A stretch of DNA of 64,000 bases from Clostridia bacterium (GCA_017505525.1 JAFVPB010000044.1:12662-76661); one strand, 5' to 3'; positions 17,019-27,281 are shown, counted from the first letter of the stretch. Program-made: numbers and translations. The notes: generated by a model not told the origin, from the letters alone.

Positions 17019-18236
17019 ATGAAATTAGGAAATGTTGATTTTGATAACTACGCAAAAAATTATCCGTCTCCCGATGGCTTTTTCGGGAAATACGGCGGAT
17101 GCTATGTATCTGATGAATTAAAAAATGCAATGGCAGAGATTACAAAAGCTTATTATGAAATATGCAAATCACGAAAATTTATTGATGAATTGAGAAGAAT
17201 CAGAAAGGAATTTCAGGGTCGTCCCACTCCCATCACACATCTTGAAAGACTTTCAAATCAACTTGGTGGAGTGCAGATTTATGCAAAGCGCGAAGACCTT
17301 AACCACACAGGAGCGCATAAGCTTAACCACTGCATGGGCGAAGGACTTCTTGCCAAGTATATGGGAAAGAAAAAAATTATTGCAGAGACAGGCGCAGGTC
17401 AGCACGGAGTTGCTTTGGCAACAGCAGCTGCATATTTTGGCCTTGAATGCGATATTTATATGGGAAGTGTTGATATTGCAAAACAAGCTCCAAACGTTGC
17501 GCGCATGAAAATACTTGGCGCAAACGTTGTTGAAGTTAAGGAAGGACTTCAAACTCTTAAAGAAGCAGTAGATGCTGCATTTTCAGCTTATGCTAATGAA
17601 TATAAAGATGCTATTTATTGTATAGGTTCTGTTCTTGGTCCGCATCCTTTCCCTATGATGGTACGTGATTTCCAGAGTGTTGTTGGTATAGAGGCGCGCG
17701 AACAGTTTATAGAAATGACAGGCGAACTTCCTGACTCAATTGTTGCCTGTGTTGGTGGCGGCTCTAATGCAGCAGGTCTTTTTGCTGGATTTTTAAACGA
17801 CCCTGTTGATATTTATGGTGTTGAGCCTCTTGGTCTTGGAGAAAAGCTTGGGGATCATGCTGCAAGTCTTTCATTTGGTACAGAAGGTATCATGCATGGA
17901 TTTAACAGTATAATGCTTAAGGATGAAAATGGCGAGCCAGCTCCCGTATATTCTGTTGCAAGCGGACTTGACTATCCTTCGTCAGGACCCGAACATGCAT
18001 TTTTACGCGATATCGGCCGAGTTAAATATGGTTATATCGGCGACGATGAAACTATAGATGCATTCTTCCGTCTTTCACGTACAGAGGGCATAATTCCTGC
18101 TCTTGAAAGCTCACATGCGGTTGCTTATGCAATTAAACTCGCTCAGCAAATGGAACATGGTTCAATTCTTGTAAATCTCTCGGGACGCGGAGATAAAGAT
18201 ATGGACTATATTATTGAAAAATACGGTATCAGATAA
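17019..18236 (+). CDS. trpB: tryptophan synthase beta chain (stand-alone)
   Basis: 405 aa. [13 protein letters not shown], the PLP-lysine motif [11 protein letters not shown] and GGGSNA are TrpB hallmarks. No trpA or other trp genes are adjacent. Confidence 0.85.
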   Translation: MKLGNVDFDNYAKNYPSPDGFFGKYGGCYVSDELKNAMAEITKAYYEICKSRKFIDELRRIRKEFQGRPTPITHLERLSNQLGGVQIYAKREDLNHTGAHKLNHCMGEGLLAKYMGKKKIIAETGAGQHGVALATAAAYFGLECDIYMGSVDIAKQAPNVARMKILGANVVEVKEGLQTLKEAVDAAFSAYANEYKDAIYCIGSVLGPHPFPMMVRDFQSVVGIEAREQFIEMTGELPDSIVACVGGGSNAAGLFAGFLNDPVDIYGVEPLGLGEKLGDHAASLSFGTEGIMHGFNSIMLKDENGEPAPVYSVASGLDYPSSGPEHAFLRDIGRVKYGYIGDDETIDAFFRLSRTEGIIPALESSHAVAYAIKLAQQMEHGSILVNLSGRGDKDMDYIIEKYGIR

Positions 18237-18249
18237 ACAATAAAAACTC

Positions 18250-18290
18250 ATAAGAAAAGAAGCTGTAAATTTTACAGCTTCTTTTCTTAT
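18250..18290 (+). terminator. intrinsic terminator after trpB
   Basis: ataagaaaagaagctgtaaattttacagcttcttttcttat is a 17-bp stem with a U-rich 3' arm. Confidence 0.6.
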
Positions 18291-18328
18291 GCACTAAAAG
18301 TATTTTGAATGAATAATATATACTTGAG

Positions 18329-18988
18329 GTGATTAATTTGAATTGCAACTATAATTGGAATTGCAAACCGGGAAGTTTTCCCTATAAGATACAAAAAGGT
18401 GATACTCTTTATGCTTTATCGAAAAGGTATAAAACTACGGTAGAAAGGCTTTTGGAGGTTAATCCGGGAATAGATCCTTCAAACTTACAAATAGATAGCC
18501 AGATTTGTATTCCTCTGCCTTTAGAAAAATACCCAACGTGTATGACAACAAATTATTATGTGGTTAAGGAAAATGATACAATTTTTTCTATATCAAAATA
18601 TTTTGGTGTAACAGTTAAACAAATTTTGTATTCCAATATGGGGATTGAACCTGAAAACATTTATGAGGGGATGATTTTATGTATACCTATTGCCCCTCCT
18701 CCACTTTGCATTGAATTATGTAATAATATTTTTAAACTTAAATATACAAACGGCGTAGAAGAAAGTTTCAGGTGCATTAATCCTAACAAAAAATTATCGT
18801 CTGCTGTTGTTCAAAAAGAACTTGACTCTTCTACAGGTGGTAAAAAAAGATTGAATTTATTGCTGCCTAATGTTTCTATCGTTTCTGAAGATGCTAGGAA
18901 AAATCAAAACGATATCATATTATCAAACGAAGTTATGGACTATATTTTTAATAAAACACCTGTTGGAACGGGGGTTGTTTCCTGTTGA
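18329..18988 (+). CDS. LysM-repeat protein (two LysM domains; spore-coat/cortex-associated type)
   Basis: Two YxVxxGDTLxxIxxxYxxTVxxLxxxN repeats, each ending in a CIP motif. Confidence 0.7.
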   Translation: MINLNCNYNWNCKPGSFPYKIQKGDTLYALSKRYKTTVERLLEVNPGIDPSNLQIDSQICIPLPLEKYPTCMTTNYYVVKENDTIFSISKYFGVTVKQILYSNMGIEPENIYEGMILCIPIAPPPLCIELCNNIFKLKYTNGVEESFRCINPNKKLSSAVVQKELDSSTGGKKRLNLLLPNVSIVSEDARKNQNDIILSNEVMDYIFNKTPVGTGVVSC

Positions 18989-19833
18989 ATGGTTGCGGAG
19001 AATATTATATTGTAAGACCGGGTGATACTTTGAATGATATTGCTCAGTTGTTTAATACAACTGTAGAAAACATCTTGTTGCTTAATGATGATATAGATGA
19101 GAATAATCTTCAGGTTGGAAGACGAATCTGTGTTGTTTCTCAAACTGTTCAACCCGTTACTTGTCCTTTTGGTACTCTACCCTACAATATAAACAGCGGA
19201 GATACTCTTTTAAGCATAGCAAACAGATTTAACACAACAGTATCATCGTTAATTGAAACAAACCCAGGCTTAAATCCTTATAATTTAACAGTTGGTCAAA
19301 GAATATGTATTTCAGAGCCTATAGAGGAATACCCCGAATGTGAGTCAGGTAATTTTTATATTATACGCTCCGGAGATAATTTATCTGTTATTTCCGATAC
19401 ATTTAATGTAAAAATTTCAGAAATTCTGGAAATAAATCCGGGGTTGAATCCAAATAATCTTCAAATAGGGCAAATTATTTGTATACCACTCGCCCCTTCT
19501 CCGATTGAAATTGTGATTAATATTTCTGCAAAAAGATTAACGGTATATAGAAATGGTTCTATATACCGCGAATATATTGTGGCAACTGGGAAGCCTACAA
19601 CGCCAACACCAACAGGATCTTTTACTGTTATAAACAAGCAAATAGACCCAGGCGGACCTTACGGCACCAGATGGTTGGGGTTATCTAAAAGAGGATATGG
19701 AATCCATGGGACAAATAATCCTTCATCAATAGGTACGGCTGCGTCGAACGGATGTATAAGAATGTATAACGAAGATATTGAATCTTTATTTAATATAACT
19801 TCTGTTGGAACTCCTGTTCTTATATTACCGTAA
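18985..19833 (+). CDS. LysM-repeat L,D-transpeptidase (YkuD family)
   Basis: Three LysM repeats followed by the YkuD catalytic region ...GIHGTNNPSSIGTAASNGCIRM. The start overlaps the upstream stop, consistent with an operon with the preceding LysM gene. Confidence 0.85.
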   Translation: MNGCGEYYIVRPGDTLNDIAQLFNTTVENILLLNDDIDENNLQVGRRICVVSQTVQPVTCPFGTLPYNINSGDTLLSIANRFNTTVSSLIETNPGLNPYNLTVGQRICISEPIEEYPECESGNFYIIRSGDNLSVISDTFNVKISEILEINPGLNPNNLQIGQIICIPLAPSPIEIVINISAKRLTVYRNGSIYREYIVATGKPTTPTPTGSFTVINKQIDPGGPYGTRWLGLSKRGYGIHGTNNPSSIGTAASNGCIRMYNEDIESLFNITSVGTPVLILP

Positions 19834-20791
19834 TTGAATAGTCGTTAATCTCAGCTTTTATTATCTGTATTTCAATTCCTTTTTCCTTAAAGTAATTTAT
19901 ATTACATTTTCTGTTTCCAACAATTTTCGATATTAACTTTGGATTAGCCCTTATTTCTATACACTTAGTAGTATTTTTAATGTTTTTTTCTATTTTATTT
20001 CTTATTATTCTTGAAAAAACAAGTTCTCCCAAAGCAGGATGATATGCTCCTGCAATATAATTTTCTTTAAGTGTTTCACTTTCAGGAAGACCGATTCTTA
20101 AAACAGAAATTGAATTTTCATCAAAAAACTCCTTAAGTCCAGCTCCAGTTTCTACTGCTTCTTCAACTGATTGTGGAATGTATTCTCCACTATAGTACAT
20201 TTTTTCGAGTAACGTTCCTTTAAGTACAACCGTAGGATAAATCCTTGTTTCTTTTGCGCCTAGTTCAAGAAATTTTTTTGCTGTTTTCATACATTTATCG
20301 TATGAATCTTTTGGAAGTCCTGTCATCATTTGAAGTCCTAAAACAGCCCCGTTTTTAAGAATAATTTCTGAGGCTTTTTCCACGCAATTAGAATTATGTC
20401 CTCTTTTTGAATACAAAAGCACTTCTTCGTCCATTGATTGCGCTCCAAGCTCAATATTTTTTACTCCATAACTGATAAGACGTTTTACAGTATCTTCATC
20501 GATGTAATCAGGCCTTGTGGATATACGAATGCTCTCGACAGCTCCCTTTTTAATAAAAGAATTAGCAAGTGAAAGATATTCGTTTTGTTCAAAAGTATTA
20601 ATGCCTGTAAAGCTTCCGCCAAAAAAAGCGATCTGGTTTTTAGTGGTTTTAGCTGTTTTTAAATATTCGTTTATAACTTTTTCTGCCTCAGTAACAGTAG
20701 GAGCTTTTTCTTTTCCGCTGATAGTTCGCTGATTACAAAAGGCACAGTCGTTTGGGCAACCCTTATGTGGTACAAAAATGGGTATAATCAT
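19820..20791 (-). CDS. radical SAM protein (ELP3/HemN-like subfamily, function unknown)
   Basis: N-terminal IPIFVPHKGCPNDCAFCNQ contains the CxxxCxxC 4Fe-4S motif. Confidence 0.7.
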   Translation of the reverse strand: MIIPIFVPHKGCPNDCAFCNQRTISGKEKAPTVTEAEKVINEYLKTAKTTKNQIAFFGGSFTGINTFEQNEYLSLANSFIKKGAVESIRISTRPDYIDEDTVKRLISYGVKNIELGAQSMDEEVLLYSKRGHNSNCVEKASEIILKNGAVLGLQMMTGLPKDSYDKCMKTAKKFLELGAKETRIYPTVVLKGTLLEKMYYSGEYIPQSVEEAVETGAGLKEFFDENSISVLRIGLPESETLKENYIAGAYHPALGELVFSRIIRNKIEKNIKNTTKCIEIRANPKLISKIVGNRKCNINYFKEKGIEIQIIKAEINDYSITVI

Positions 20792-20866
20792 AGGTTATTT
20801 TCCTTTATCTATTGAAATGATATGTTTAAAAAGTCAAGAGGAAAACCTCTTGACTTTTTATTTACC

Positions 20867-22138
20867 TTATTCAGTTATTGAATCCTCGTCAAATTCTTCA
20901 TCATGTTCATATTCATATTCATATTCATCTTCATCATATTCATCTTCATCTTCATCAAGATCTTCTAAATCATAGTCGTCATAATCCTCTTCATACTCAT
21001 ACTCATCTTTCATTGCTCTGCCAATAAGCATTACGATTATACCAACTAAGATTACAATACCTCCGTAAATTAATGCACTGGTATGGAAGCTTTTTATCAG
21101 AGCAGTGTATACAGATCTGATAAATAAATTTGATGTTGAAAATCCGGGGTTAAAGAAGAAGCCTGCAACTCCTACAATTATACCGGCTACTATAGAGCAC
21201 CACCCTATTAATGTATGAGCATAACCCTGACAAGATGAAATTATTATAATTAATAAAATCATTAAAATTACTGCAAGAGCTGCTAATGTAATAATTGAGA
21301 AAATAATTGACAACTCATCAGTATACTGTGCAGCCTTATTCTCTTTTAATGCTTCGGGAGAAATATCTTTTAAAGCAGAAGATTTATTTACATATGCTTT
21401 AAAATCATTACATGCACTTTGTCCCAGTTCTTTTCCTGTTACAAGCTTTATATGCGAAGCATTATCACTTATTACATTTGCGATATCATCGCCCGATATG
21501 CCATCATAATGAGTTCCATAGAGATAAAATGAAATAATACCATGAGCATTTTTTGCAATAAAATCAGAATATGAAGATTCGTCAATTTTACTTACTATAT
21601 ATGAATAAGTTACAGAATTTATTGCATTATCGCGAAGTATATCAGTAAGCGTTGCCTTCGATGCACTTTTATTGAGATTTAAATCTTTAACATTTTTAAT
21701 TTTTCCAATAACAAATGTTTCAGGATTGTGCGTGCGAATAGCGCTTGAAATTGAATATTCAGATGTATTCATTCTTACAAGAAGCGATGAAAGGGTTGCA
21801 GAAAGAACTGTTGTAAGAAGCAATACAAGCAAAACAGTACGAGTGATAATTAAAGCTTTTTTTAGTGCTCTACGTCTTTTTTTACTCTTTTTAGACATAC
21901 GTTTTAAATTTTTTTCTTTTACTTTTTCATGTTTCGCCTGTTCCTTTTCCACATTATACTTAGGGATTTTAATGGGTTCGGGTATGAAATCTTCAATTAT
22001 ATCACTATCAACGTTTATTTTAGATTCTATTGAAGCTTCTTCTCCTGCTACATCTTGAGTAAGCTCATTTTCTGTATTATCAATATTACTATTGTTTTTT
22101 GTGTTTTCATTTGGCACAAATTCATTTTCCTGATTCAT
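20867..22138 (-). CDS. membrane protein with basic N-terminal cytoplasmic region, extracytoplasmic domain, 3 C-terminal TM helices and poly-acidic D/E/Y tail
   Basis: Start taken at MNQENEF (RBS GGAAGTG). The tail YEYEEDYDDYDLEDLDEDEDEYDEDEYEYEYEHDEEFDED is encoded by imperfect hexamer repeats at 20880-21000. The gene is divergent from lexA and shares its LexA box region. Confidence 0.5.
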   Translation of the reverse strand: MNQENEFVPNENTKNNSNIDNTENELTQDVAGEEASIESKINVDSDIIEDFIPEPIKIPKYNVEKEQAKHEKVKEKNLKRMSKKSKKRRRALKKALIITRTVLLVLLLTTVLSATLSSLLVRMNTSEYSISSAIRTHNPETFVIGKIKNVKDLNLNKSASKATLTDILRDNAINSVTYSYIVSKIDESSYSDFIAKNAHGIISFYLYGTHYDGISGDDIANVISDNASHIKLVTGKELGQSACNDFKAYVNKSSALKDISPEALKENKAAQYTDELSIIFSIITLAALAVILMILLIIIISSCQGYAHTLIGWCSIVAGIIVGVAGFFFNPGFSTSNLFIRSVYTALIKSFHTSALIYGGIVILVGIIVMLIGRAMKDEYEYEEDYDDYDLEDLDEDEDEYDEDEYEYEYEHDEEFDEDSITE

Positions 22139-22262
22139 ATATACACTTCCTTTGTAATTAAATAGGCTCTTATATAATATCAATTTCTACGAAATAAGTC
22201 AAGCAAAAGATAACTTTGTCGATTTAATTAACAAACAATTTACAAATAAAAATTATATTTTA

Positions 22263-22276
22263 CGAACAAATGTTTG
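22263..22276. promoter_or_regulatory. LexA (Cheo) box CGAACAAATGTTTG overlapping the lexA -35
   Basis: Matches CGAACRNRYGTTYC at 12/14 positions. It is followed by TTGACT-N17-TTATAAT. It is shared with the divergent membrane-protein gene about 125 nt away. Confidence 0.75.
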
Positions 22277-22332
22277 ACTTTTTGATATAATATGTGTTAT
22301 AATAAAATCAAACAAATATTTGGAGGTAAAAT

Positions 22333-22956
22333 ATGGCTGCAAATATAGATAAACAACAACAAATTTTAAATTTTATACAAAGGCAGATAAACGAAATGGG
22401 GTTTCCGCCTACAGTTCGCGAAATATGCGAAGCAGTCGGGCTTAACTCCCCTGCTACTGTTCACGGATATTTAAACAGACTCGAAAAAAACGGATTAATA
22501 GAAAAAACCCATGGAAGTTCCCGAGGAATAAGACTTACTTCCACATCTAACATTCCAACTAATATAACTTCTATAGAAAAGGAATATTTAGAAGTTCCTG
22601 TTATAGGCAGAATAAGTGCGGGCTTACCTATTCTTGCAGAAGAAAATCTTGAAAGAACTTTTCCTCTTCCTATGGATTTTGCAAAAAAGAATGAAATATA
22701 TATGCTTCACGTTCACGGAGAAAGTATGATAAATGCAGGGATATTTGATGGAGATTATGTTATCGTTGAAAAATGTTCCGTTGCTAACAACGGTGAAATT
22801 GTTGTGGCTCTTGTAGAAGACAGTGCAACTGTAAAAACATTTTACAAAGAAAACGGACATTTCCGTCTGCAACCAGAAAATGATTTTATGGAGCCTATCA
22901 TAGTTGATTCCGTTGTAATTTTAGGCAAAGTTGTGGGTGTATATCGATTGTTTTAA
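22333..22956 (+). CDS. lexA: LexA repressor
   Basis: 207 aa. N-terminal wHTH (REICEAVGLNSPATVHGYL), an Ala-Gly cleavage site in VIGRISAGLP and the S24 peptidase Ser/Lys (GESM...K) catalytic motifs. Confidence 0.95.
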   Translation: MAANIDKQQQILNFIQRQINEMGFPPTVREICEAVGLNSPATVHGYLNRLEKNGLIEKTHGSSRGIRLTSTSNIPTNITSIEKEYLEVPVIGRISAGLPILAEENLERTFPLPMDFAKKNEIYMLHVHGESMINAGIFDGDYVIVEKCSVANNGEIVVALVEDSATVKTFYKENGHFRLQPENDFMEPIIVDSVVILGKVVGVYRLF

Positions 22957-22973
22957 TTAAGATTATAAAATAA

Positions 22974-23012
22974 AAATGTGCGACAAAATATATTGTCGCA
23001 CATTTTTATTTT
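22974..23012. terminator. bidirectional intrinsic terminator
   Basis: aaatgtgcgacaaaatatattgtcgcacattt is a 12-bp stem followed by tttattt. Confidence 0.85.
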
Positions 23013-23173
23013 GAGCTTAAATATCCTTCTATCATATATCCAACATTTTTCATTGTTCTGTTTGCCTTCTTACGGAATTTTTTAATTTTATGTGCAGTAC
23101 ATGGTTCCATCATAAAAGCAATTGAACCTCCAATGATTGCACCTGTAAATAGTCCTTTTGTAAAACCTCGCAT
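23006..23173 (-). CDS. unannotated small protein (55 aa, one predicted TM/GxxxG segment)
   Basis: Below the track's 60-aa cutoff. Translation is MRGFTKGLFTGAIIGGSIAFMMEPCTAHKIKKFRKKANRTMKNVGYMIEGYLSSK. RBS AAAGGGAAAT lies 5-8 nt upstream of the ATG at 23171-23173. Confidence 0.35.
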   Translation of the reverse strand: MRGFTKGLFTGAIIGGSIAFMMEPCTAHKIKKFRKKANRTMKNVGYMIEGYLSSK

Positions 23174-23237
23174 AATATTTCCCTTTCTTTAATGTTTCTT
23201 TTCTATAAATATTATTTGAAGCTTTATGTTTAAATAT

Positions 23238-23765
23238 TCAATTTGATTTTTGGAATTTTTTATATAAAAAGAGGCTTAGATTTGCAATTACTACACCTAA
23301 AATTCCACCAAACAATACGTCAGTTGGGAAATGTACATATAAGTATAATCTTGAAAATGCAATAAGAAACGCCAGAACAAAAAGCCACATCCCCGCTTTT
23401 TTATGATTTATAAAAACTATTGTAGCTGATATAAAGCTTGCTAAAGTGTGTCCCGATGGAAAAGATGGATCTTTAGGAGCTTTGATTAATAGATTAATTC
23501 CCTCTGCCACCTCAAAAGGACGTAATCTGCCAAACAAATTTTTCAAAATTATATTACCAATAATTAAGCCTAAAACGAGTCCTATCGCCATTGCAACACC
23601 TGTTTTACGGTAGTTTTTGAAAAACATTAAAGAAACCGCTATTAATATCCACACAAATCCTGCATCTCCAAGATGTGTTATAATTGGAAATAAAAAATCC
23701 AGGAAATCGCATTTAATATAATCCTGTATGAAATTCAATATTGAAAAATCAATTTGTTGTATCAT
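23238..23765 (-). CDS. PAP2-family phosphatase (undecaprenyl-diphosphatase/PgpB-like)
   Basis: PAP2 motifs KxxxxxxRP, PSGH and SRxxxxxHxxxD (SFPSGHTLAS; SRLYLYVHFPTD) in a 5-TM protein. Confidence 0.8.
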   Translation of the reverse strand: MIQQIDFSILNFIQDYIKCDFLDFLFPIITHLGDAGFVWILIAVSLMFFKNYRKTGVAMAIGLVLGLIIGNIILKNLFGRLRPFEVAEGINLLIKAPKDPSFPSGHTLASFISATIVFINHKKAGMWLFVLAFLIAFSRLYLYVHFPTDVLFGGILGVVIANLSLFLYKKFQKSN

Positions 23766-23813
23766 ATATATTATCCTTTTCTTAAAGCCGCATAAAAGTT
23801 TATGCGGCTTTAG

Positions 23814-25523
23814 TTATTTATTTTCTATTGTTTTTTTTATGCCTCTGAAAATTGCTTCTGCGATTGTTTGTTGTCCCTCAGAACTTAAAAGATAATTTCT
23901 GTCGCTTTCATTGCTTATAAAAGCGGTTTCAACAATAACAGCGGGGCAAACGGTTTCCCTTATAACATACAGATGAGCTCCGTTTTGTGTTTTTTTCGGT
24001 GCTAAATTCGTTAATTCTACTATAGACTCATAAATATTTTTTGCAAGAACTGCTCCCTTTTCAGACGATGCATGATAATAAACCTGTGTTCCGTTTATTT
24101 CTGATTTGTCTATAGAGTTGCAATGAATACTTACAAACATATCGGCATTATGACTTTTTTCTATTGCTACTCTATCTGATAAAGAAATATAATCATCACC
24201 ACTACGTGTAAGAATAACGTTATACCCCTGTTTTATAACCTTTTCTTTAACAAGATTTGTTATTGCCATATTAATCTTGCTTTCTCTTGCAACAATTTCA
24301 TTTTTAGAATTATATCCAACAGCACCGGGGTCTGTTCCTCCATGGCCTGCATCTAAAATAATAAGAGGCTTTGAATTGTCAACTGATGGTTTCGTATTTT
24401 CCTCTTTGTCGGGCGGAACGACTTCTTCTTTTACGATAATACCTTTATCCTGGGTATAGCTGAATCTTTTATTTCCGTTTACTGTAATGCTACTGCCTGT
24501 GCCCTCGCTCTTAATAACAATATTGTTAACTATACTATCATTAATATTAATAATCTGTTCTTCCATTTTTAAATTGGAGAATGTAACTTTATATCCTCCC
24601 GCATCATCTTTTCCACTTCCCGCATATGCTGCGTTAAAATAAATTTTTTCGGCAAACGCGTCATAAATAATCTGAGTATTTAAGCTTCTTTCTACTCGGA
24701 TTACAATTCCGTTTTCGTTTGAAAGCACCATAACCTGTGCGTTTTTCTCAGTTAAGTCTAGAACCAATCTTGCCGAACCTTCGTGATTAGCATATCTGAC
24801 TTTTGAAAAACAGTTGCCATCAATATTTACCGAGCCGGTAGGAAGAGTAAATTTAGCATCTTTAAAGTCGAACACCAATCTGTCGGGCTCCACATATCTT
24901 GAAACTTTAGGAGAAATACCATACTTTGTTTTTATATACACATAATCATATTCGTAATCTGAATTAACTGTTACCTTGGAAAACTCTCCATACCCTTCTT
25001 CTATCACTTCTTGATCGGGATTGTTGTTTGATGTGCTTTTATTTGATATATATATTCTTCTTGTATCCGATTTCCACTCCACGTTATATTTAAGACTTTC
25101 GGCTATAAATCTGATCGGCACCATGGTTTTTACTACAGCTTGACTATAACCGATAAGCATCGGGTAAGGTTGATCATTTTTAATTTTAATTAAATTACCA
25201 TTTAAATAGGCATTTCTTGATCCTATCTTTACAAGTATAGAATCTCCACCCCGCACAATTTCAGCCTGTTTACTCTCGCTATGCCACTTTACTGTGCATC
25301 CCATTGCTTCAAAAACTTCTCTTACAGGAACAAGTGTAGTTCCATCAATAATAACTGGATCCATAGGAAGAGATGTAAGCTTAACATTATTAACATATAA
25401 TTCAATTGGTTTTGCATCGTACACGTGATAGGAATTATTATAATATATATCCTTTGCATATGCACTGATACTTGAAATTATAAAAATAAGGATTAGTCCA
25501 ATTATGAATCTGGCTTTTTTCAC
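23814..25523 (-). CDS. N-acetylmuramoyl-L-alanine amidase (Amidase_3) with N-terminal copper-amine-oxidase-like wall-binding domains
   Basis: GTG start. Signal peptide. C-terminal ILDAGHGGTDPGAV...SIHCNS...GTQVYY is the Amidase_3 zinc-site motif set. Confidence 0.8.
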   Translation of the reverse strand: MKKARFIIGLILIFIISSISAYAKDIYYNNSYHVYDAKPIELYVNNVKLTSLPMDPVIIDGTTLVPVREVFEAMGCTVKWHSESKQAEIVRGGDSILVKIGSRNAYLNGNLIKIKNDQPYPMLIGYSQAVVKTMVPIRFIAESLKYNVEWKSDTRRIYISNKSTSNNNPDQEVIEEGYGEFSKVTVNSDYEYDYVYIKTKYGISPKVSRYVEPDRLVFDFKDAKFTLPTGSVNIDGNCFSKVRYANHEGSARLVLDLTEKNAQVMVLSNENGIVIRVERSLNTQIIYDAFAEKIYFNAAYAGSGKDDAGGYKVTFSNLKMEEQIININDSIVNNIVIKSEGTGSSITVNGNKRFSYTQDKGIIVKEEVVPPDKEENTKPSVDNSKPLIILDAGHGGTDPGAVGYNSKNEIVARESKINMAITNLVKEKVIKQGYNVILTRSGDDYISLSDRVAIEKSHNADMFVSIHCNSIDKSEINGTQVYYHASSEKGAVLAKNIYESIVELTNLAPKKTQNGAHLYVIRETVCPAVIVETAFISNESDRNYLLSSEGQQTIAEAIFRGIKKTIENK

Positions 25524-25628
25524 TAAAACACCCCTTTCTGCATCATCTCCGGTCTTTCTGTAATCATATTCGACAAAAAGTTGCTTTTATCCTCTATAAA
25601 TTCAGTGCTTGTAATAAAAATGTAATAT

Positions 25629-26660
25629 TTAATCCCACTTTATTTGATCATTGTCTTTTACGTCAAAAGGAATTTTGTAATGATCATAGGCTAGTTTAGT
25701 AACACATCTTCCACGAGGGGTTCTGTTTATAAAGCCAAGTTGAAGTAAATACGGCTCGTATACTTCTTCAATAGCAGATGTATCTTCTCCTATTGTAGCT
25801 GCTAATGTATCAAGTCCAACGGGGCCTCCCGAAAAGTTATAAATAATCGATGAAATCATTTTCTTATCAGTAGCATCTAAACCAAGAGAATCAATTTCAA
25901 GCATTTTTAGCGCTTCATCTGCTACATTTTTGGTTATTTTACCGTTTGCACGAACTTGAGCATAATCGCGAACTCTCCTCAACAATCTGTTTGCAATACG
26001 TGGGGTTCCTCGTGATCTTGATGCAATTTCCATCGCGCCCAAAGGATCTATATCCATATTAAGTATTTTTGCATTTCTTGATACAATAGTCATCAGATCT
26101 TCTTTAGAATATAATTCAAGCCTTGAAATAACACCAAAACGATCTCGAAGCGGTGCTGATAAAAGGCCAGCTCTGGTTGTGGCACCTATTAAAGTAAATG
26201 GTGGCAGACTAAGACGTACTGATTGAGCACTCGGACCTTTACCAATAATTATATCGAGAGAAAAGTCTTCCATCGCAGGATATAGGATTTCCTCAACCGT
26301 TCTTGAAAGACGATGTATTTCGTCAATGAAAAGCACATCCTGAGGACCTAAATTTGTTAAAATAGCAGCCAAATCCATCGGCTTCTCTATTGCAGGACCA
26401 CTTGTAACTCTTATGTTTACTCCCATTTCATTTGCAATAATAGATGCAAGCGTTGTTTTTCCCAATCCCGGAGGTCCGTAAAGTAAACAATGGTCAAGTG
26501 CTTCTTTACGCCCGAGTGCCGCATCTATATATATTTTCAGGCTTTCCTTAACCTTGTCCTGACCAATATATTCCTCCATAGTTTTTGGTCTTATACTATG
26601 TTCTAAATCACTGTCGCCTTCAAGTTGTCTGGTAGAGATAATTCTTTCATCAAATTCCAT
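25629..26660 (-). CDS. ruvB: Holliday junction branch migration helicase RuvB
   Basis: Walker [12 protein letters not shown], Walker [10 protein letters not shown] and sensor motifs. Confidence 0.95.
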   Translation of the reverse strand: MEFDERIISTRQLEGDSDLEHSIRPKTMEEYIGQDKVKESLKIYIDAALGRKEALDHCLLYGPPGLGKTTLASIIANEMGVNIRVTSGPAIEKPMDLAAILTNLGPQDVLFIDEIHRLSRTVEEILYPAMEDFSLDIIIGKGPSAQSVRLSLPPFTLIGATTRAGLLSAPLRDRFGVISRLELYSKEDLMTIVSRNAKILNMDIDPLGAMEIASRSRGTPRIANRLLRRVRDYAQVRANGKITKNVADEALKMLEIDSLGLDATDKKMISSIIYNFSGGPVGLDTLAATIGEDTSAIEEVYEPYLLQLGFINRTPRGRCVTKLAYDHYKIPFDVKDNDQIKWD

Positions 26661-27258
26661 TCGACATTCTCCTTAAAGCTTCTTTAATAATATCTTCTGT
26701 TTCCATACCTTCTTTTGCTATCTGCATTACAGTCTTTTGTGCAACAGAAGGAGATGCTCCAAGTGCAATAAGAGCATTTACCGCTTCTGTTTCAGGTTTA
26801 AAGACATTTTTAGCAGTAATATTAATTGAAGAATTTTCACCAGGGAAAACAGCTTCCTGCGTATCAATCTTGCCCTTTAATTCAAGTATAATTCTTTGTG
26901 CCATTTTAGTACCGACACCTTGTGCTCTCGTTATTGCTTTAACATCCTCTGATATAATAGCAAGCGCAAGATCCTGCGGTGCAAGGGCGCTTAAAACCGA
27001 TATTGCAGCTTTAGGCCCAACACCTGAAATCTGTATAAGCTTATTAAAATAATTGAGGCTTTCTTTAATTAAAAACCCATAAAGCTCCGGCTGACCGTCT
27101 CTCACATAAAAATATGTATTGACTTTAACTGTTTCTCCGTTTGTAAGTTGTGCCACATCACCCGAAGGCATAGAAACATTGTAGCCAATATCATTAACAT
27201 CTATTACTGCAGAGCTTTCGTGCTTTTCAACAACTTTTCCAAAAAGATACGAAATCAT
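26650..27258 (-). CDS. ruvA: Holliday junction DNA-binding protein RuvA
   Basis: 202 aa with tandem HhH motifs (GVGPKAA...). Overlaps ruvB by 11 nt. Confidence 0.9.
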   Translation of the reverse strand: MISYLFGKVVEKHESSAVIDVNDIGYNVSMPSGDVAQLTNGETVKVNTYFYVRDGQPELYGFLIKESLNYFNKLIQISGVGPKAAISVLSALAPQDLALAIISEDVKAITRAQGVGTKMAQRIILELKGKIDTQEAVFPGENSSINITAKNVFKPETEAVNALIALGASPSVAQKTVMQIAKEGMETEDIIKEALRRMSNGI

Positions 27259-27281
27259 ATTTATTCTCCCTCACTATTAAT

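Noticed and set aside
20880-21000. CRISPR-like or minisatellite array
   Set aside because: The repeat unit is 6 nt, lies inside a CDS and is imperfect. There is no 25-40-nt repeat-spacer periodicity and no cas genes anywhere in the window.
23784-23811. Hairpin aaagccgcataaaagtttatgcggcttt between the amidase and PAP2 genes as a terminator
   Set aside because: On the minus (coding) strand it is followed by an A-rich, not a U-rich, tract. The T-run is on the plus strand, where no gene ends, so the function is uncertain and it is not called.
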